Source: Geopsychrobacteraceae bacterium
GTDB lineage: Bacteria; Desulfobacterota; Desulfuromonadia; Desulfuromonadales; Geopsychrobacteraceae
Assembly: GCA_963676795.2 (NCBI GenBank)
Contig: CAXXTB010000001.1
Span: 1-64,000, forward strand
Direction: 5' to 3'
DNA: 64,000 nt
Part shown: positions 38,705-48,678 of the stretch, piece after piece
Layout: the number at the start of each line of letters is the position of its first letter
How positions within the stretch are numbered: the stretch's first letter is position 1
Notes under the pieces: generated by a model
The model's input: the letters and a program-made list of their open reading frames with translations, nothing else
The model's database searches: none
Told to the model about the DNA's origin: nothing
Position numbers and translations under genes: made by a program

Positions 38705-39831
38705 CAGCAGGCCCTTTCCAGGATCAGTGCCGCATTCACCCCGCCGAACCCTGAGTTGGTGGTCAGCAGATAATCACCCCGGATCGCTCGGGGTGACGAA
38801 GAAATCGCTTCGCGGCAAACCTCTTCGGCAACCAGGCAACCGACGGTCCCCGGAATCCGCTGTTCCTTGAGCGCCAGGCAGGCAACGGCCGCTTCCAGAG
38901 CTCCGGCGGCACCAAGACAGTGACCGATACTCCCCTTGATGCCATGCAGCGGCGGCAGGGAGCCGGCAAATATCTCGCTGAAGGCGGTCAGTTCCATCGC
39001 GTCGTTGTAGACGGTTGCCGTGCCGTGAGCATTGACCGCCGCGATCTGCTGCGCTTCAAGTCCCGCCTTGTCCAGCGCCTGCCGACAGGCGAGGATCAGT
39101 CCCCAGCCGTCGCGCGCCGGCGCCGTGACGTGATTCGCATCATTGGCGCTGCCCCAGCCACGTAACCAGGCGAGCGGGGCTTCACCATTCTGCTCCAACC
39201 GCTCCTCGCGACAGAGCAGCAGGGCCACTCCGGCTTCGCCGAGGTTCAGGCCGCTGCGCTGTACATCGAAGGGGCGACACGCCTGTGGCGAGAGCGCCTG
39301 CAGTGCCGAAAACCCGGAGAAGACAAATTCACTGAGCAGATCGGCGGCAAAAACCAGGACCTCGTTCGCTGCACCATGTTCCAGCATGGCCGCGGCACGC
39401 GCCAGGGCGACGGTCGATGAGGCACAGGCGGCGTTGATATTCTGCCCGGCACTATCAAGGCCAAGTTCCTTGGCAATCTTCGCCAGCAACGGTTCAAAAA
39501 AGACGCTGCGAGGCAATTCGGCCTGTGCCACAACCGACTGCTGGAGCAGGTCGATCTCCCCTTTAGTGGTCGCGACCAGCAGGCGACAATCCGGGGCAAC
39601 CGGCCCCAGCTGCCGTAAAACCCGGCAGCGCAGATCGTCGAGCAGCGAGGTTCCGGTAACGGCGCTCAAATCGGCGATTTCACCGCCGAGGCGCGAGATA
39701 TAATTCTGACAATCAAAACGCGAAATCTCGGAGATACCGCTTTGCCCGGCCAGCAGAGCTGACCAGAGCATATCCAGGGAGTTACCCAGGGCGCTGACCG
39801 CAACGGCGCGGGTGATGGCAATGCGCGACAT
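38704..39831 (-). CDS. Beta-ketoacyl-ACP synthase
   Basis: [28 protein letters not shown]. Confidence 0.94.
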   Translation of the reverse strand: MSRIAITRAVAVSALGNSLDMLWSALLAGQSGISEISRFDCQNYISRLGGEIADLSAVTGTSLLDDLRCRVLRQLGPVAPDCRLLVATTKGEIDLLQQSVVAQAELPRSVFFEPLLAKIAKELGLDSAGQNINAACASSTVALARAAAMLEHGAANEVLVFAADLLSEFVFSGFSALQALSPQACRPFDVQRSGLNLGEAGVALLLCREERLEQNGEAPLAWLRGWGSANDANHVTAPARDGWGLILACRQALDKAGLEAQQIAAVNAHGTATVYNDAMELTAFSEIFAGSLPPLHGIKGSIGHCLGAAGALEAAVACLALKEQRIPGTVGCLVAEEVCREAISSSPRAIRGDYLLTTNSGFGGVNAALILERAC

Positions 39832-40289
39832 CAGAGCAGCCCCTCTTTCCAGCGCCGACAGAAGTCTTCAAAAAACGCCGGCGGCAACATCAGCATGTTG
39901 TGCTGCTCGTCCATGAACAACTGCACGGTATACCCGGTCGTAGTGACCTCCCCCTGGCTGTTGCGCAGGATGAACTCATGATTCAAGCGGGCCGCTTCGG
40001 TCCAGTGGAGCAGTGCTTCTATGGTAAATAGCTCGCGGAATTTCAGCGGCTTAACATAATCGACATGCATCTGCTTGATCGGAGCCAGAATCCCCTGATG
40101 GTAAAAGTCCATGTAACCGATGCCGAACTTTTCACCGAGCTGAACCCGGGCATCTTCAAAAAAACTCGGATAACGGCCATGCCAGACGATAGCGAGCGGA
40201 TCGACCTCTTCAAAACGGACGACCCGTTCAACAGTGCAGGACAGTGGCTGCGGAGCATCCGGCGGCGTTTTGAAATACGGCTTTCTCAT
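39831..40289 (-). CDS. Acyl-CoA/ACP thioesterase (4HBT/YbgC hotdog fold)
   Basis: VRFEEVDPLAIVWHGRY..FFEDAR. Confidence 0.9.
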   Translation of the reverse strand: MRKPYFKTPPDAPQPLSCTVERVVRFEEVDPLAIVWHGRYPSFFEDARVQLGEKFGIGYMDFYHQGILAPIKQMHVDYVKPLKFRELFTIEALLHWTEAARLNHEFILRNSQGEVTTTGYTVQLFMDEQHNMLMLPPAFFEDFCRRWKEGLL

Positions 40290-40660
40290 CAGTCTTTCCC
40301 CTGCAGGAGCAGGCTAAATTCGGATGATTTTTCATCCTCCTGGTAGAGACTGGTTCGCACCTGCACCCCCTCGTCCCTGGTTTTCAGTTCAACCTCGACA
40401 CGGATCTTTTTGCCGGGGTGAACCTGCCTGACAAACTTGGCCCGGCTCAATGAGATCAGCGTCCGCGCCTCGCCGCAGGCCTGTTCGGCGACCAGCTGGC
40501 CAAGCAGGGTCTGGACGATCGCCGGCAGAATCGGATATCCGGGAAAGTGTCCGGCAAACCCGGAAAAATCCTCTGCAAGCAGAAACTCCTGGCTGGCATT
40601 GTTGCCTTCGATACTTACGGCGCTGAGGGCGGCCTGTAGTATCTCGCTACGCATTGTCAT
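40289..40660 (-). CDS. 3-hydroxyacyl-ACP dehydratase (FabA/Z-like, ApeI-like)
   Basis: FAGHFPGYPILPAIVQ; KFVRQVHPG. Confidence 0.88.
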   Translation of the reverse strand: MTMRSEILQAALSAVSIEGNNASQEFLLAEDFSGFAGHFPGYPILPAIVQTLLGQLVAEQACGEARTLISLSRAKFVRQVHPGKKIRVEVELKTRDEGVQVRTSLYQEDEKSSEFSLLLQGKD

Positions 40661-41304
40661 TTTTCTCTGATCTCCCTGACCCAGAGCGATAACTGCAGGT
40701 GATTGCGCCGGTCATCCAGGCTGATTTCCTTCGCCACTGCCGTTCCTCTGAAATCGCTGTAGTTTTTATAGTCGACTGTCCAGCTGTTATCTCCATCGGC
40801 AATCCGGCTCAGTTGACCGTTACAGTCGAAGAAATAGCGCCTCTGACCAGGGGCAGCCATTTCGTAGGCATTACCGAGAAAGAACTGCTGAGCACCATCC
40901 GACCAGTCGGCACTGAAAAAGACCTTGCGAATACTTGCTGCAACCTGCTCGTCAGCCCCTCGCTGTTCCTCCAGCTGAGGCAGGGCCCGGTTGAAATGGG
41001 CCGTCGTATCATCAATGCTGAGGTCAAAGAGCACGATCCCCATTTCATTGAGAGCGACAAGCCTCGCCTCATGTCTGACCGGATTGACCTGCAGGTAACC
41101 GTCCAGAGCTATTTTTTTCCAGCCGATCTTGAGCAGAACCGACTGTCTCAGCACAAAATTCCGATCTTGCTGCAACCAGCTATCATTACCGACCCTTTGT
41201 CCGCCAGAACCTTCAACACAGAGCGGCCCATCCGGTAACGAGCTTTTCATCGCACAGCCTGCAAGCAAAACGAGGCTCACCAGCAACAACGAAACGATTT
41301 TCAT
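40657..41304 (-). CDS. Lipoprotein (DUF3261-like)
   Basis: Lipobox LAGC; RLVALNEMGIVLFDL; sits after the MMPL gene as in aryl polyene clusters. Confidence 0.65.
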   Translation of the reverse strand: MKIVSLLLVSLVLLAGCAMKSSLPDGPLCVEGSGGQRVGNDSWLQQDRNFVLRQSVLLKIGWKKIALDGYLQVNPVRHEARLVALNEMGIVLFDLSIDDTTAHFNRALPQLEEQRGADEQVAASIRKVFFSADWSDGAQQFFLGNAYEMAAPGQRRYFFDCNGQLSRIADGDNSWTVDYKNYSDFRGTAVAKEISLDDRRNHLQLSLWVREIREK

Positions 41305-43676
41305 GTCCGGCCCCCTTCGCGCCGGGTCAGGGCCGGTAGCACCAGGACCGCACTGGGCACTGCGGCCAAAATGCCGAGCAGCACCGTGATGCCGATCGAA
41401 CTCAGGGCCGGATGGCTGGCCAGCGCCAAAGCACCAAACCCTGCCAGGGTTGTCAGTCCGGACACGCTGATCGCCTTGACCCGCGCCTTGTATTCATGAC
41501 CATCATCCCCCCGGCTGACCATGAATACCCCGTAATCAACCCCCAGACCGATCACCAGGATAGAAGCGATCACGTTGAAGATGTTGATCTCCAGTCCCAG
41601 CCAGGCCATGCCGCCGAGCATGAAGATGATCCCGCTGACAACCGGCAGCAGAGTCAGCAGCATACGCTTGAGCGAACGAAGAACCACCAGCAGCAGCACG
41701 ACAATCACACCGCTCGCGAGCAGGATAAAACGCTTGAAATCATGAAAGATCTCTTCGCCGAGTAGACTGCCGAAGCGGCTCTGTGACACCAGCTCGAGGC
41801 CGGGGATTCCGTCCAGCGCAACAGCGAGGCGGCTGATCAGCTCGGGGTTATCCGGGATCAGGCTGATCACCCGGTAGCCGCCAGAGTCGCTGAAGACAAA
41901 ATCCTCGATCAGGCTTTTCAGCCCCCCGCCATAGCGGGTCTGCCAGTCGATCAGCTCTCCTGGCTCAGTCCATGAAGCGACGAATGGGCTGAAGGCTTCA
42001 GCGGAAAAACCGTAGTTCTGGCGACTCTGTTCAAGAGAGGTGGAAACACTCTCGGCATGCTCCAGCCAGAAACGTTGCCAGTGCTCCTGGCGCTGCTGCT
42101 GTACCTCGTCGGCAATCAGCAGCGGCGCCAGGCTGACCGCCTGCTGATCCAACTGCTCGCTTCTGAGTGTCTGCCAGAGTTGCTCGTTGCGGCTGAACGC
42201 TTCATTCCAGCTCGCCCCGGAAGAGAAGATCATTGCACTGCTGCGCAGATCCCCCCAGTTCTCTTTCAGGTTCGTTTCTGCCTGTTGCAGATAGGCCGGA
42301 ACATAGCTTAACTGGCGCAGTTCACCATTGATCTTCAGCTGGCCGATCTGAGTCAGGGCGGCCAGCATGACGACCAGCCAGCAGAGCAGCACAACCCTGC
42401 GCCGCCCCCGGCCAAGCGGCCGGATAGCCTGCTGCTGGCCGCGAAACTCCCAGGCTTCGCCCTGCCGGCGGACAAAATGCGGCAAGATACAGAGCGCCAG
42501 CAGCAATGCGGCAAAAATACCCGCGATACTGAAAAACGCCAGCTGCCGCTGCCCGGGCAGCACTGACCAGAGCAGTACGGCAAAGCCCGCGACAGTTGTC
42601 AGTCCACCGGTCAGCATCGGTTTGGCCAGACCGGCCAGAATCTGGCCGCGGTCTTTGCCGGTCCGCACCAGCGGATAATAGACATGCAGACCGTAATCGA
42701 TGGTAATGCCGAGCAACACCGCACCGAAACCGAAGGTAATTCCGGAAACGGAGCCGTAATAGAGCTGGGTTGCCGCCGTCGCGACCAGGAGCGCCACAAG
42801 CGGCAGCAGGTAAACGGCAATGGCACTCAAGCGTCTCAAAAACAGGACAAAGATGACCAGTAAGCCGAGTGCCGAAGCGATCAGGACGATCCGCATATCC
42901 TGTTGAATCGCCCGGGCGTTCTCAAGCGTATAGAGATGGCCGCTGAGCAAATCGGCAGTGATGCCCTCGGCCAGGCCACCCTTGAGGGTCGTAAACTGCT
43001 CGAGCAGGGCTTCGGCACCATTGACATCGGTAATCGGGATGCTGGTCTCGGCCAGCAGCAGGGTATTACGTCCGTCCTTGCTGACGAACTGCCCCTGTTC
43101 GAGCTTGGCTTCCGGCACCGGGTTCAGCGCTTTGAGCTTCGCCAGCACCAGCCGCTGAAAATCGAGCGGGTCTCTGCGGACGCGCTGTTTCATCAGCATC
43201 CCCTGCGGCTGGACCAGGAGCAGCTTGTCTTCGGCCAGGGCCGCGTCAATCTTTTCCGGGCTCAGCTGAGCCTCGATCTCTGTCCAGTCATGCGCGTCAA
43301 GAAACAGCGGCAGAGAGTCCTGCAGCTGACCGATCAGCGCCGTCATGAGCTGCTGGTCGAGCTGCTGAACACGAATCTCCCCGCTCTCTTGCAAGCGCTC
43401 CGCGAAGCGCCTGGTCTCCGCGAGCAGCTGCTGACGCGGAACTTCTTCAGCGGCGTGCAGCTGGATAACCAGCTTGCGCGACAAGGGGGCCTGGCCAAGC
43501 AGTTCAAACTCCTTGGCGACATGCGAATCCCCGTCCGGCAACAGCGAACGGATATCGTTATTGATCTGAATCCCGCCGAGAATCCAGCCGCAGATCAGCA
43601 GCAGCACAATCAGAACAAGAACCGGCACGCTGCGCCGTGCAGCGAAGGCTTTGTAACAGGAGGCGAATAACTGCAT
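41301..43676 (-). CDS. MMPL-family lipid exporter
   Basis: Two TM bundles with GITIDYGLH and GLGVDYGVF; TTVAGF / TTLAGFGAL; 791 aa. Confidence 0.9.
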   Translation of the reverse strand: MQLFASCYKAFAARRSVPVLVLIVLLLICGWILGGIQINNDIRSLLPDGDSHVAKEFELLGQAPLSRKLVIQLHAAEEVPRQQLLAETRRFAERLQESGEIRVQQLDQQLMTALIGQLQDSLPLFLDAHDWTEIEAQLSPEKIDAALAEDKLLLVQPQGMLMKQRVRRDPLDFQRLVLAKLKALNPVPEAKLEQGQFVSKDGRNTLLLAETSIPITDVNGAEALLEQFTTLKGGLAEGITADLLSGHLYTLENARAIQQDMRIVLIASALGLLVIFVLFLRRLSAIAVYLLPLVALLVATAATQLYYGSVSGITFGFGAVLLGITIDYGLHVYYPLVRTGKDRGQILAGLAKPMLTGGLTTVAGFAVLLWSVLPGQRQLAFFSIAGIFAALLLALCILPHFVRRQGEAWEFRGQQQAIRPLGRGRRRVVLLCWLVVMLAALTQIGQLKINGELRQLSYVPAYLQQAETNLKENWGDLRSSAMIFSSGASWNEAFSRNEQLWQTLRSEQLDQQAVSLAPLLIADEVQQQRQEHWQRFWLEHAESVSTSLEQSRQNYGFSAEAFSPFVASWTEPGELIDWQTRYGGGLKSLIEDFVFSDSGGYRVISLIPDNPELISRLAVALDGIPGLELVSQSRFGSLLGEEIFHDFKRFILLASGVIVVLLLVVLRSLKRMLLTLLPVVSGIIFMLGGMAWLGLEINIFNVIASILVIGLGVDYGVFMVSRGDDGHEYKARVKAISVSGLTTLAGFGALALASHPALSSIGITVLLGILAAVPSAVLVLPALTRREGGRT

Positions 43677-44338
43677 CAGAGTTCAGGCACCTGGAAGATA
43701 CTGTCGTCCAGCGGAGAATTCTTCTCCATCGCGGTAAACTCGAGACGTGTCCAGTCACCTTCCTGTTCGTTGAGCTGCAACTGTTGGACGTGACTCCGAT
43801 CAGCGGCAAAAACGATCAGGATATCGCGGATAAAGGTCGCTTCCCCCGCATCCTTAGGGGTCAACTTGAGGCTCAGCGGCTGCTCCGAAAGCAGTTCCAG
43901 CTCATAGCGGGTTTTCAGCCAGGCGATATCGAAACGCGCCCAGGCGAGCAATTGCCGGGAAATCAGCCCCATGACCGGATCGCTGGAGATGGTGAAATCA
44001 TCCCGTTCGCCACTGAGGCGGTTCCAGCGCTCCCCCTTGTCACCGCGAATGACAAAACCGCTATCGACCGGCGTCAGCAGCTGCCAGCGCAGGAAATCCG
44101 GCCGACGATAGGCGAACACCCCGCTCGATTCCAGCGATTCATCGAAGATCGCCAGATGCTTCTGCTGAAGGAACGGACTGTAGAGCGACTCGACCGAAGC
44201 GGCCTCCTGCTGCAGCGTTTCAAGCAAAGCTTCCAGTTCGGCCGCCTGAGCCAGCCGCGCTGCGCCTGTCATCATCAGGAGCAGCAGGAGCAGTCCGGCG
44301 ATCAGCTGTTTATTGAATCCAAATCTTGATCTCTGCAT
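43676..44338 (-). CDS. LolA-like outer membrane lipoprotein/lipid carrier
   Basis: Signal peptide; F.QQKHLAIF....SSG.F.Y.RP..LRW; LKLTPKD; GDWTRLEF; start uncertain (44338 or 44350). Confidence 0.8.
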   Translation of the reverse strand: MQRSRFGFNKQLIAGLLLLLLMMTGAARLAQAAELEALLETLQQEAASVESLYSPFLQQKHLAIFDESLESSGVFAYRRPDFLRWQLLTPVDSGFVIRGDKGERWNRLSGERDDFTISSDPVMGLISRQLLAWARFDIAWLKTRYELELLSEQPLSLKLTPKDAGEATFIRDILIVFAADRSHVQQLQLNEQEGDWTRLEFTAMEKNSPLDDSIFQVPEL

Positions 44339-44735
44339 CAGCAACAACATCTCCGCCCCGCTGAATTATCCCCTCAGCCAAGGCAAAATCATCCAGTTCA
44401 GCGACAGTCTTCAGCTCGATCCGCAGCCGGTCGCCAAGCTTGACCGGTTGATAGGCCTTGAAGGTTTTTATCCCGACCAGGAAACCCTGGCGAACCGGCA
44501 AGCCGGAAAGCCGGTCGGCATAGCCCTTGATCGCCGCGTAGCCCTGGGCGATCAGCTCGATCATGGCGACCTCTTCGACCTGCCCCTCGGCCGTCAGAAA
44601 GAGGAAATCCTCGGCGATCTCGGCTTCGACGACGCCGTTTTTGCCGTCGATCGCAACCATCCGCTCGATCAGCAGCATCGGCTTGCGATGCGGAACCAGT
44701 TCTGCGGCCGCAATGGGCAAGGGGAGAGCGTCCAT
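44310..44735 (-). CDS. Hotdog-fold dehydratase partner (ApeP-like)
   Basis: LVPHRKPMLLIE, IELIAQ, GFLVGIK. Confidence 0.82.
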   Translation of the reverse strand: MDALPLPIAAAELVPHRKPMLLIERMVAIDGKNGVVEAEIAEDFLFLTAEGQVEEVAMIELIAQGYAAIKGYADRLSGLPVRQGFLVGIKTFKAYQPVKLGDRLRIELKTVAELDDFALAEGIIQRGGDVVADAEIKIWIQ

Positions 44736-46327
44736 TACGCCTCCCAGTAGACCCTGAGGTCATCAAACAGCTGGCTCGAAAAGAGCAGCTTGCGATAGGC
44801 GACCAGATCGTCATGGAAGATTCCGCTATTGTCATACATCTTGAAATTTTCATTCAAAATCGCAAACACCTTGCTCGTGCCATGCCCCATCTTGTCACTG
44901 TTGCGGAAGTTCAGGGCCTGCAAATCAGCCAGCACCTCGAGGGTGACGATATGCTTGGCGTTACTGACCGCCTTGAACGCCTTGCGCGCAGCGATGGTGC
45001 CCATGCTGACGACATCCTGATTGGAGGCGTTGCTGCTGATCGTGTTGGTGCTGACCGGGTTGGCCAACTGGCGGTTCTCCGCAGTGGTCGAGGTCGCCAG
45101 ATACTGGGCCCCCATGAAGCCCATGGTCAGCCCCGGGGTCCCCGGAATCAGGAACTCCGGCAGTCCCTCATTGATGTGACGGTCGAGGTACTTGTTGGTG
45201 CGCCGCTCCGACAGATTACAGAGGGTCGAAATGGCAATACTCAGCTGGTCCATCACCATGCCGATGCTCTGGCCATGGAAATTGCCGCCGTGGATGACCT
45301 TCTTCTTCTCCGGAATGACGATCGGGTTATCGTTGGACGAGTTGGCCTCGGTCTCGACGGTCCGGCGGGCGACATCCAGGGTTTCAAAAACCGGTGCCAG
45401 GACCTGCGGGGTACAGCGGATCGAGTAGACGTCCTGGACATTGATGCTGGTCTCGTAGACCGGGCCGTCAGCGCTCTTCTGCTTGCGGATCAGCTCATGC
45501 ATCTCGGAGCGCAGGGTGATGTTGCGTGAACCGCGGTAGAGGTTGCGAATCGTTTCAGCGATCTTGATCTGTCCTTCGTGTGGCTTGACCAGATGCAGGT
45601 CTTCATCGAAGGCGTCGTCGATACCACCGAAGATCTCAACGGAGAAGGCGGCGGTAACGCAGCTGATGTTGAGCAACTTCTGGGCGCCGAATATAGCAAA
45701 GGCGGCAATGGCGGTCATGGCGCTGGTGCCGTTCATCAGCGCGATCCCCTCCTTGAAGCTTAAGCGGAACGGTTCGCGGCCGAGCTGCTGGTAGACGTCT
45801 GCGGCCGGGCGCAGTTCGCCCTGGTAGTAGAGCTGCCCTTCGCCGATGATTGCCAGGGCCAGATGGGCGAGGTGAACCAGGTCACCGGAAGCACCGACGC
45901 TGCCGCACTCGGGGATATAAGGCGCGACCCGTTCGTTGATCATCCACTGCATGTGCTCAAGCAGCTCGACGCGCACAGCACTGTAACCCTTGACCAGAGT
46001 GTTGAGACGTACCGCCATGACTGCAATAGCGATGTAGTCCTTGAGCGGCTCGCCGAGACCGGCAGCATGGCTGCGGATCAGGTTGATCTGCAATGTCTCG
46101 ATCTGGGCATCGTCGATGATCTTGTTGCACATCGGCCCGAAGGAGGTATTGACCCCGTAGATGATCCGCTTGGCAGCAACTTCGTCTTCGAGAAACTTGC
46201 GGCTGGCCCGGCAACGCTCCAGTGCGCCCGCATCCAGTCCAACCTTCTTGTCACCAATCCCGATGGCAACGATATCGTTGACCGTCAGCGTATAACCATC
46301 GAGAAATATCTGTTCCTTGTTCATCAA
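44735..46327 (-). CDS. MIO-dependent aromatic amino acid ammonia-lyase (probably TAL/PAL-type)
   Basis: YGVNTSFG, GSVGASGDL (ASG forms MIO), NGTS, YSIRC.PQ, DNP, GGNFHG, NQDVVSMG. Confidence 0.93.
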   Translation of the reverse strand: MMNKEQIFLDGYTLTVNDIVAIGIGDKKVGLDAGALERCRASRKFLEDEVAAKRIIYGVNTSFGPMCNKIIDDAQIETLQINLIRSHAAGLGEPLKDYIAIAVMAVRLNTLVKGYSAVRVELLEHMQWMINERVAPYIPECGSVGASGDLVHLAHLALAIIGEGQLYYQGELRPAADVYQQLGREPFRLSFKEGIALMNGTSAMTAIAAFAIFGAQKLLNISCVTAAFSVEIFGGIDDAFDEDLHLVKPHEGQIKIAETIRNLYRGSRNITLRSEMHELIRKQKSADGPVYETSINVQDVYSIRCTPQVLAPVFETLDVARRTVETEANSSNDNPIVIPEKKKVIHGGNFHGQSIGMVMDQLSIAISTLCNLSERRTNKYLDRHINEGLPEFLIPGTPGLTMGFMGAQYLATSTTAENRQLANPVSTNTISSNASNQDVVSMGTIAARKAFKAVSNAKHIVTLEVLADLQALNFRNSDKMGHGTSKVFAILNENFKMYDNSGIFHDDLVAYRKLLFSSQLFDDLRVYWEA

Positions 46328-46351
46328 CCCACTCCCTCATGCAAATCCAAT

Positions 46352-47617
46352 TTAGCGATAATCGAAAAAAGTCACCGGTTTGCGCCGGTCACCCTGAATT
46401 GTTTTCTTCAGCACCTCTTCCGGACTGCAGATCTCCACCTCCGGCTTGACCCGCGTTTTTGCCGCGATCTGCTCGGCGACCTGGCGTTCACTCAAAACTC
46501 CGGGGCGGGCGCCAACGACAACCCGGATCCGGTCGGACAGCTCATGTTCGGCATAGACCTCGATGTAATAGCCATGGACCTCCGGCAGCATATGCAGGGC
46601 GTGGCCGATTGCGCCGGGGAACAGGGTCGTACCGCGGAACTTGAGCATGTGCGCCTTACGGCCGACGACCGGGCCGAGGCGCGGCGTAACAACCCCGCAG
46701 CCGCAGGGTTCGTCATAGAGCGCGGCGATATCACCGGTGCGGTAACGCAGCAACGGTGTCCCCTCAACCCCGAGAGGCGTAGCGATCACTTCGCCCGCCA
46801 CCCCCGGCGGCAGCTGGCGCCCCTGCTCATCGACGATCTCGACGAGAATCAGATCGGTCAGCACATGCCCGCCGCAAGCGGCCGGACAGTCGGTAAAGGA
46901 GGTCGCCATCTCGGTACTTGCGTAGGTGCCGAAGATCTCGGCGCCCCAGAAACGCTGCAGTTCGTTCCCCAGCGTCGACAGCTGCAGATCATGGCTCCTG
47001 ACCGGTTCGCCGATGCAGACCAGTTTTTCGATACCGAAACTGAGCGGATCGCTATCCTGACTCTGCAGATAGCGAGCCAGAGCGAGCATAAAACTGGGCA
47101 CGCCGACAATGATATTCGGCCGCTGCAGACGCAGCAGCTCGGCGACATAGGCCATCTGTCCGGAGCCGCCACGGATCACCGTCGCGCCGATGGCGCGCAG
47201 ACCGAGGAAGTAGGCCAGCCCGGCCATAAAGGTCCGGTCGAGCGCCGCCGTGATCAGAACCCGATCGCTGGCGGTAACCCCGACGGCCCGGAAAGCGCTC
47301 TCTTCGTTGCGGGTCAGGCGTTGCAGATCATGCTCGCTCTGCCAGACCGTCACCGGCGCGCCGGTGGTTCCGGAGGTCATGCAGATATCGACCACCTGAT
47401 GCTCGTTAACCGCCAGAAACTCGCGATTATGTTCGGCCAGATCAGCCTTCGAGGTCAGCGGCAGCCGCTCCAGGTCGCTGATCGAGTTCAGCTGTTCCGG
47501 CGTGAAATCGCAAGCGCCAAAGATCCGCTGATAATAGGGGGAGTGCTGCGCCAGATAGACCAGATGCCGGCGTAATGTTTCGACTTGCCGCAGCTGCCAG
47601 CGGGGTGTCTCAGCCAT
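46352..47617 (-). CDS. Phenylacetate-CoA-ligase-family aryl-CoA/ACP ligase
   Basis: LPLTSK, TSGTTG, GEP, YASTE, PLLRYRTGD, PCGCG. Confidence 0.9.
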   Translation of the reverse strand: MAETPRWQLRQVETLRRHLVYLAQHSPYYQRIFGACDFTPEQLNSISDLERLPLTSKADLAEHNREFLAVNEHQVVDICMTSGTTGAPVTVWQSEHDLQRLTRNEESAFRAVGVTASDRVLITAALDRTFMAGLAYFLGLRAIGATVIRGGSGQMAYVAELLRLQRPNIIVGVPSFMLALARYLQSQDSDPLSFGIEKLVCIGEPVRSHDLQLSTLGNELQRFWGAEIFGTYASTEMATSFTDCPAACGGHVLTDLILVEIVDEQGRQLPPGVAGEVIATPLGVEGTPLLRYRTGDIAALYDEPCGCGVVTPRLGPVVGRKAHMLKFRGTTLFPGAIGHALHMLPEVHGYYIEVYAEHELSDRIRVVVGARPGVLSERQVAEQIAAKTRVKPEVEICSPEEVLKKTIQGDRRKPVTFFDYR

Positions 47618-48422
47618 GGTTGTTCCCCCCGGATTTCATTTTTTGCAACTCTTCAGCCATCTGGGCTTTAACCAGTTTTCGCAGTCGCATATGGCCGTCT
47701 TCGGTCTTGAAGTCAGCGACCTCAATCGGCGGCAAAGCCTTCAAGGTGATCTGACAGGGTTTGAAATATTTTCGGTCGGGCGGCATCAGGACATTGGTGC
47801 CACTGATACAGAGCGGGACGACAACCACATCGGAACCGGCCGCCACCTTGAATGCCCCGGAATAAAAGCGCTGCAGCTCTCCATCGCGACTGCGATGCCC
47901 TTCCGGAAAGAACAGCACCGCGCCATTGTCGGCAAAGGTGCTCTGGCAGTTCTGCTCGGTAACATCCCAGGAATTGCTCTCGACATCCAGGTAGCGGGCC
48001 AGGCGCATGAACTTGCTGTACCAGAACATGCGGAACGGCCAGGAACGCACAGCAAAGGTGATATCGCAGATCGGCAGCAGAGCCATACAGTAGGTGTCAA
48101 AAAAGGACAGATGATTGACGACCAGAACATGCGGGATACGGGTCCTGACATGCTCCATCCCTTCACGCCGGAAACGGACAAAGGGACTCATGATCACCAG
48201 CCAGCCCCGCCCGTACATCCAGATGATCCAGCGCGTTGTGCGCTCCTGAGACCAGCGCAGGACCCCTTTGCCGAAGGCATAGGCCAGCGGAAAGGTGATA
48301 ATCCCGAACAGCGTCCAGAGCAACATCAGCGGCCAGCACCAGAGATTCATGATGATGATTTTCAGCGCCGCCACGGGATTACCCTCCCGCATCTGGCCCT
48401 GTTCACTGCTGAGCATCTCCAT
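47610..48422 (-). CDS. PlsC-family lysophospholipid acyltransferase
   Basis: NHLSFFD (NHX4D), FFPEGHRS, F.SGAF. Confidence 0.92.
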   Translation of the reverse strand: MEMLSSEQGQMREGNPVAALKIIIMNLWCWPLMLLWTLFGIITFPLAYAFGKGVLRWSQERTTRWIIWMYGRGWLVIMSPFVRFRREGMEHVRTRIPHVLVVNHLSFFDTYCMALLPICDITFAVRSWPFRMFWYSKFMRLARYLDVESNSWDVTEQNCQSTFADNGAVLFFPEGHRSRDGELQRFYSGAFKVAAGSDVVVVPLCISGTNVLMPPDRKYFKPCQITLKALPPIEVADFKTEDGHMRLRKLVKAQMAEELQKMKSGGNNHG

Positions 48423-48426
48423 GCCG

Positions 48427-48678
48427 TTACTGCTGAGCGACCTTGCTCAGGACAAAGCGGTGTATATCCCCCAGGCTGCGGATCTCGCGGATCGCTTCTT
48501 CCTCGCGGATCTTGAAATTGAAGGCGCCCTCAAGCACAATAACCATGTCGACAGTATCAAGGCTGTCGAGGCCAAGATCCTCGTAAAGATTGGCCTCCGG
48601 AGTCATATCGTCACGATCCAGCTCAAATTCCTCGGCCAGGCTGGAATCGATCAACTCAATCACTTGCTCTTCAGTCAT
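48427..48678 (-). CDS. Acyl carrier protein
   Basis: DLGLDSLDTVD; acidic, ~83 aa; AAGGAG RBS (start 48678 or 48684). Confidence 0.94.
   Translation of the reverse strand: MTEEQVIELIDSSLAEEFELDRDDMTPEANLYEDLGLDSLDTVDMVIVLEGAFNFKIREEEAIREIRSLGDIHRFVLSKVAQQ

Noticed and set aside
44735..46327. Annotation as hutH (histidine catabolism)
   Set aside because: No hut genes nearby, biosynthetic context, and NQD rather than QED motif
45863..47575. 570 aa plus-strand ORF, and similar ones at 33825, 35625, 36758, 48896, 55104, 57883 and 60556
   Set aside because: All lie antisense to well-supported genes and carry no recognisable domains
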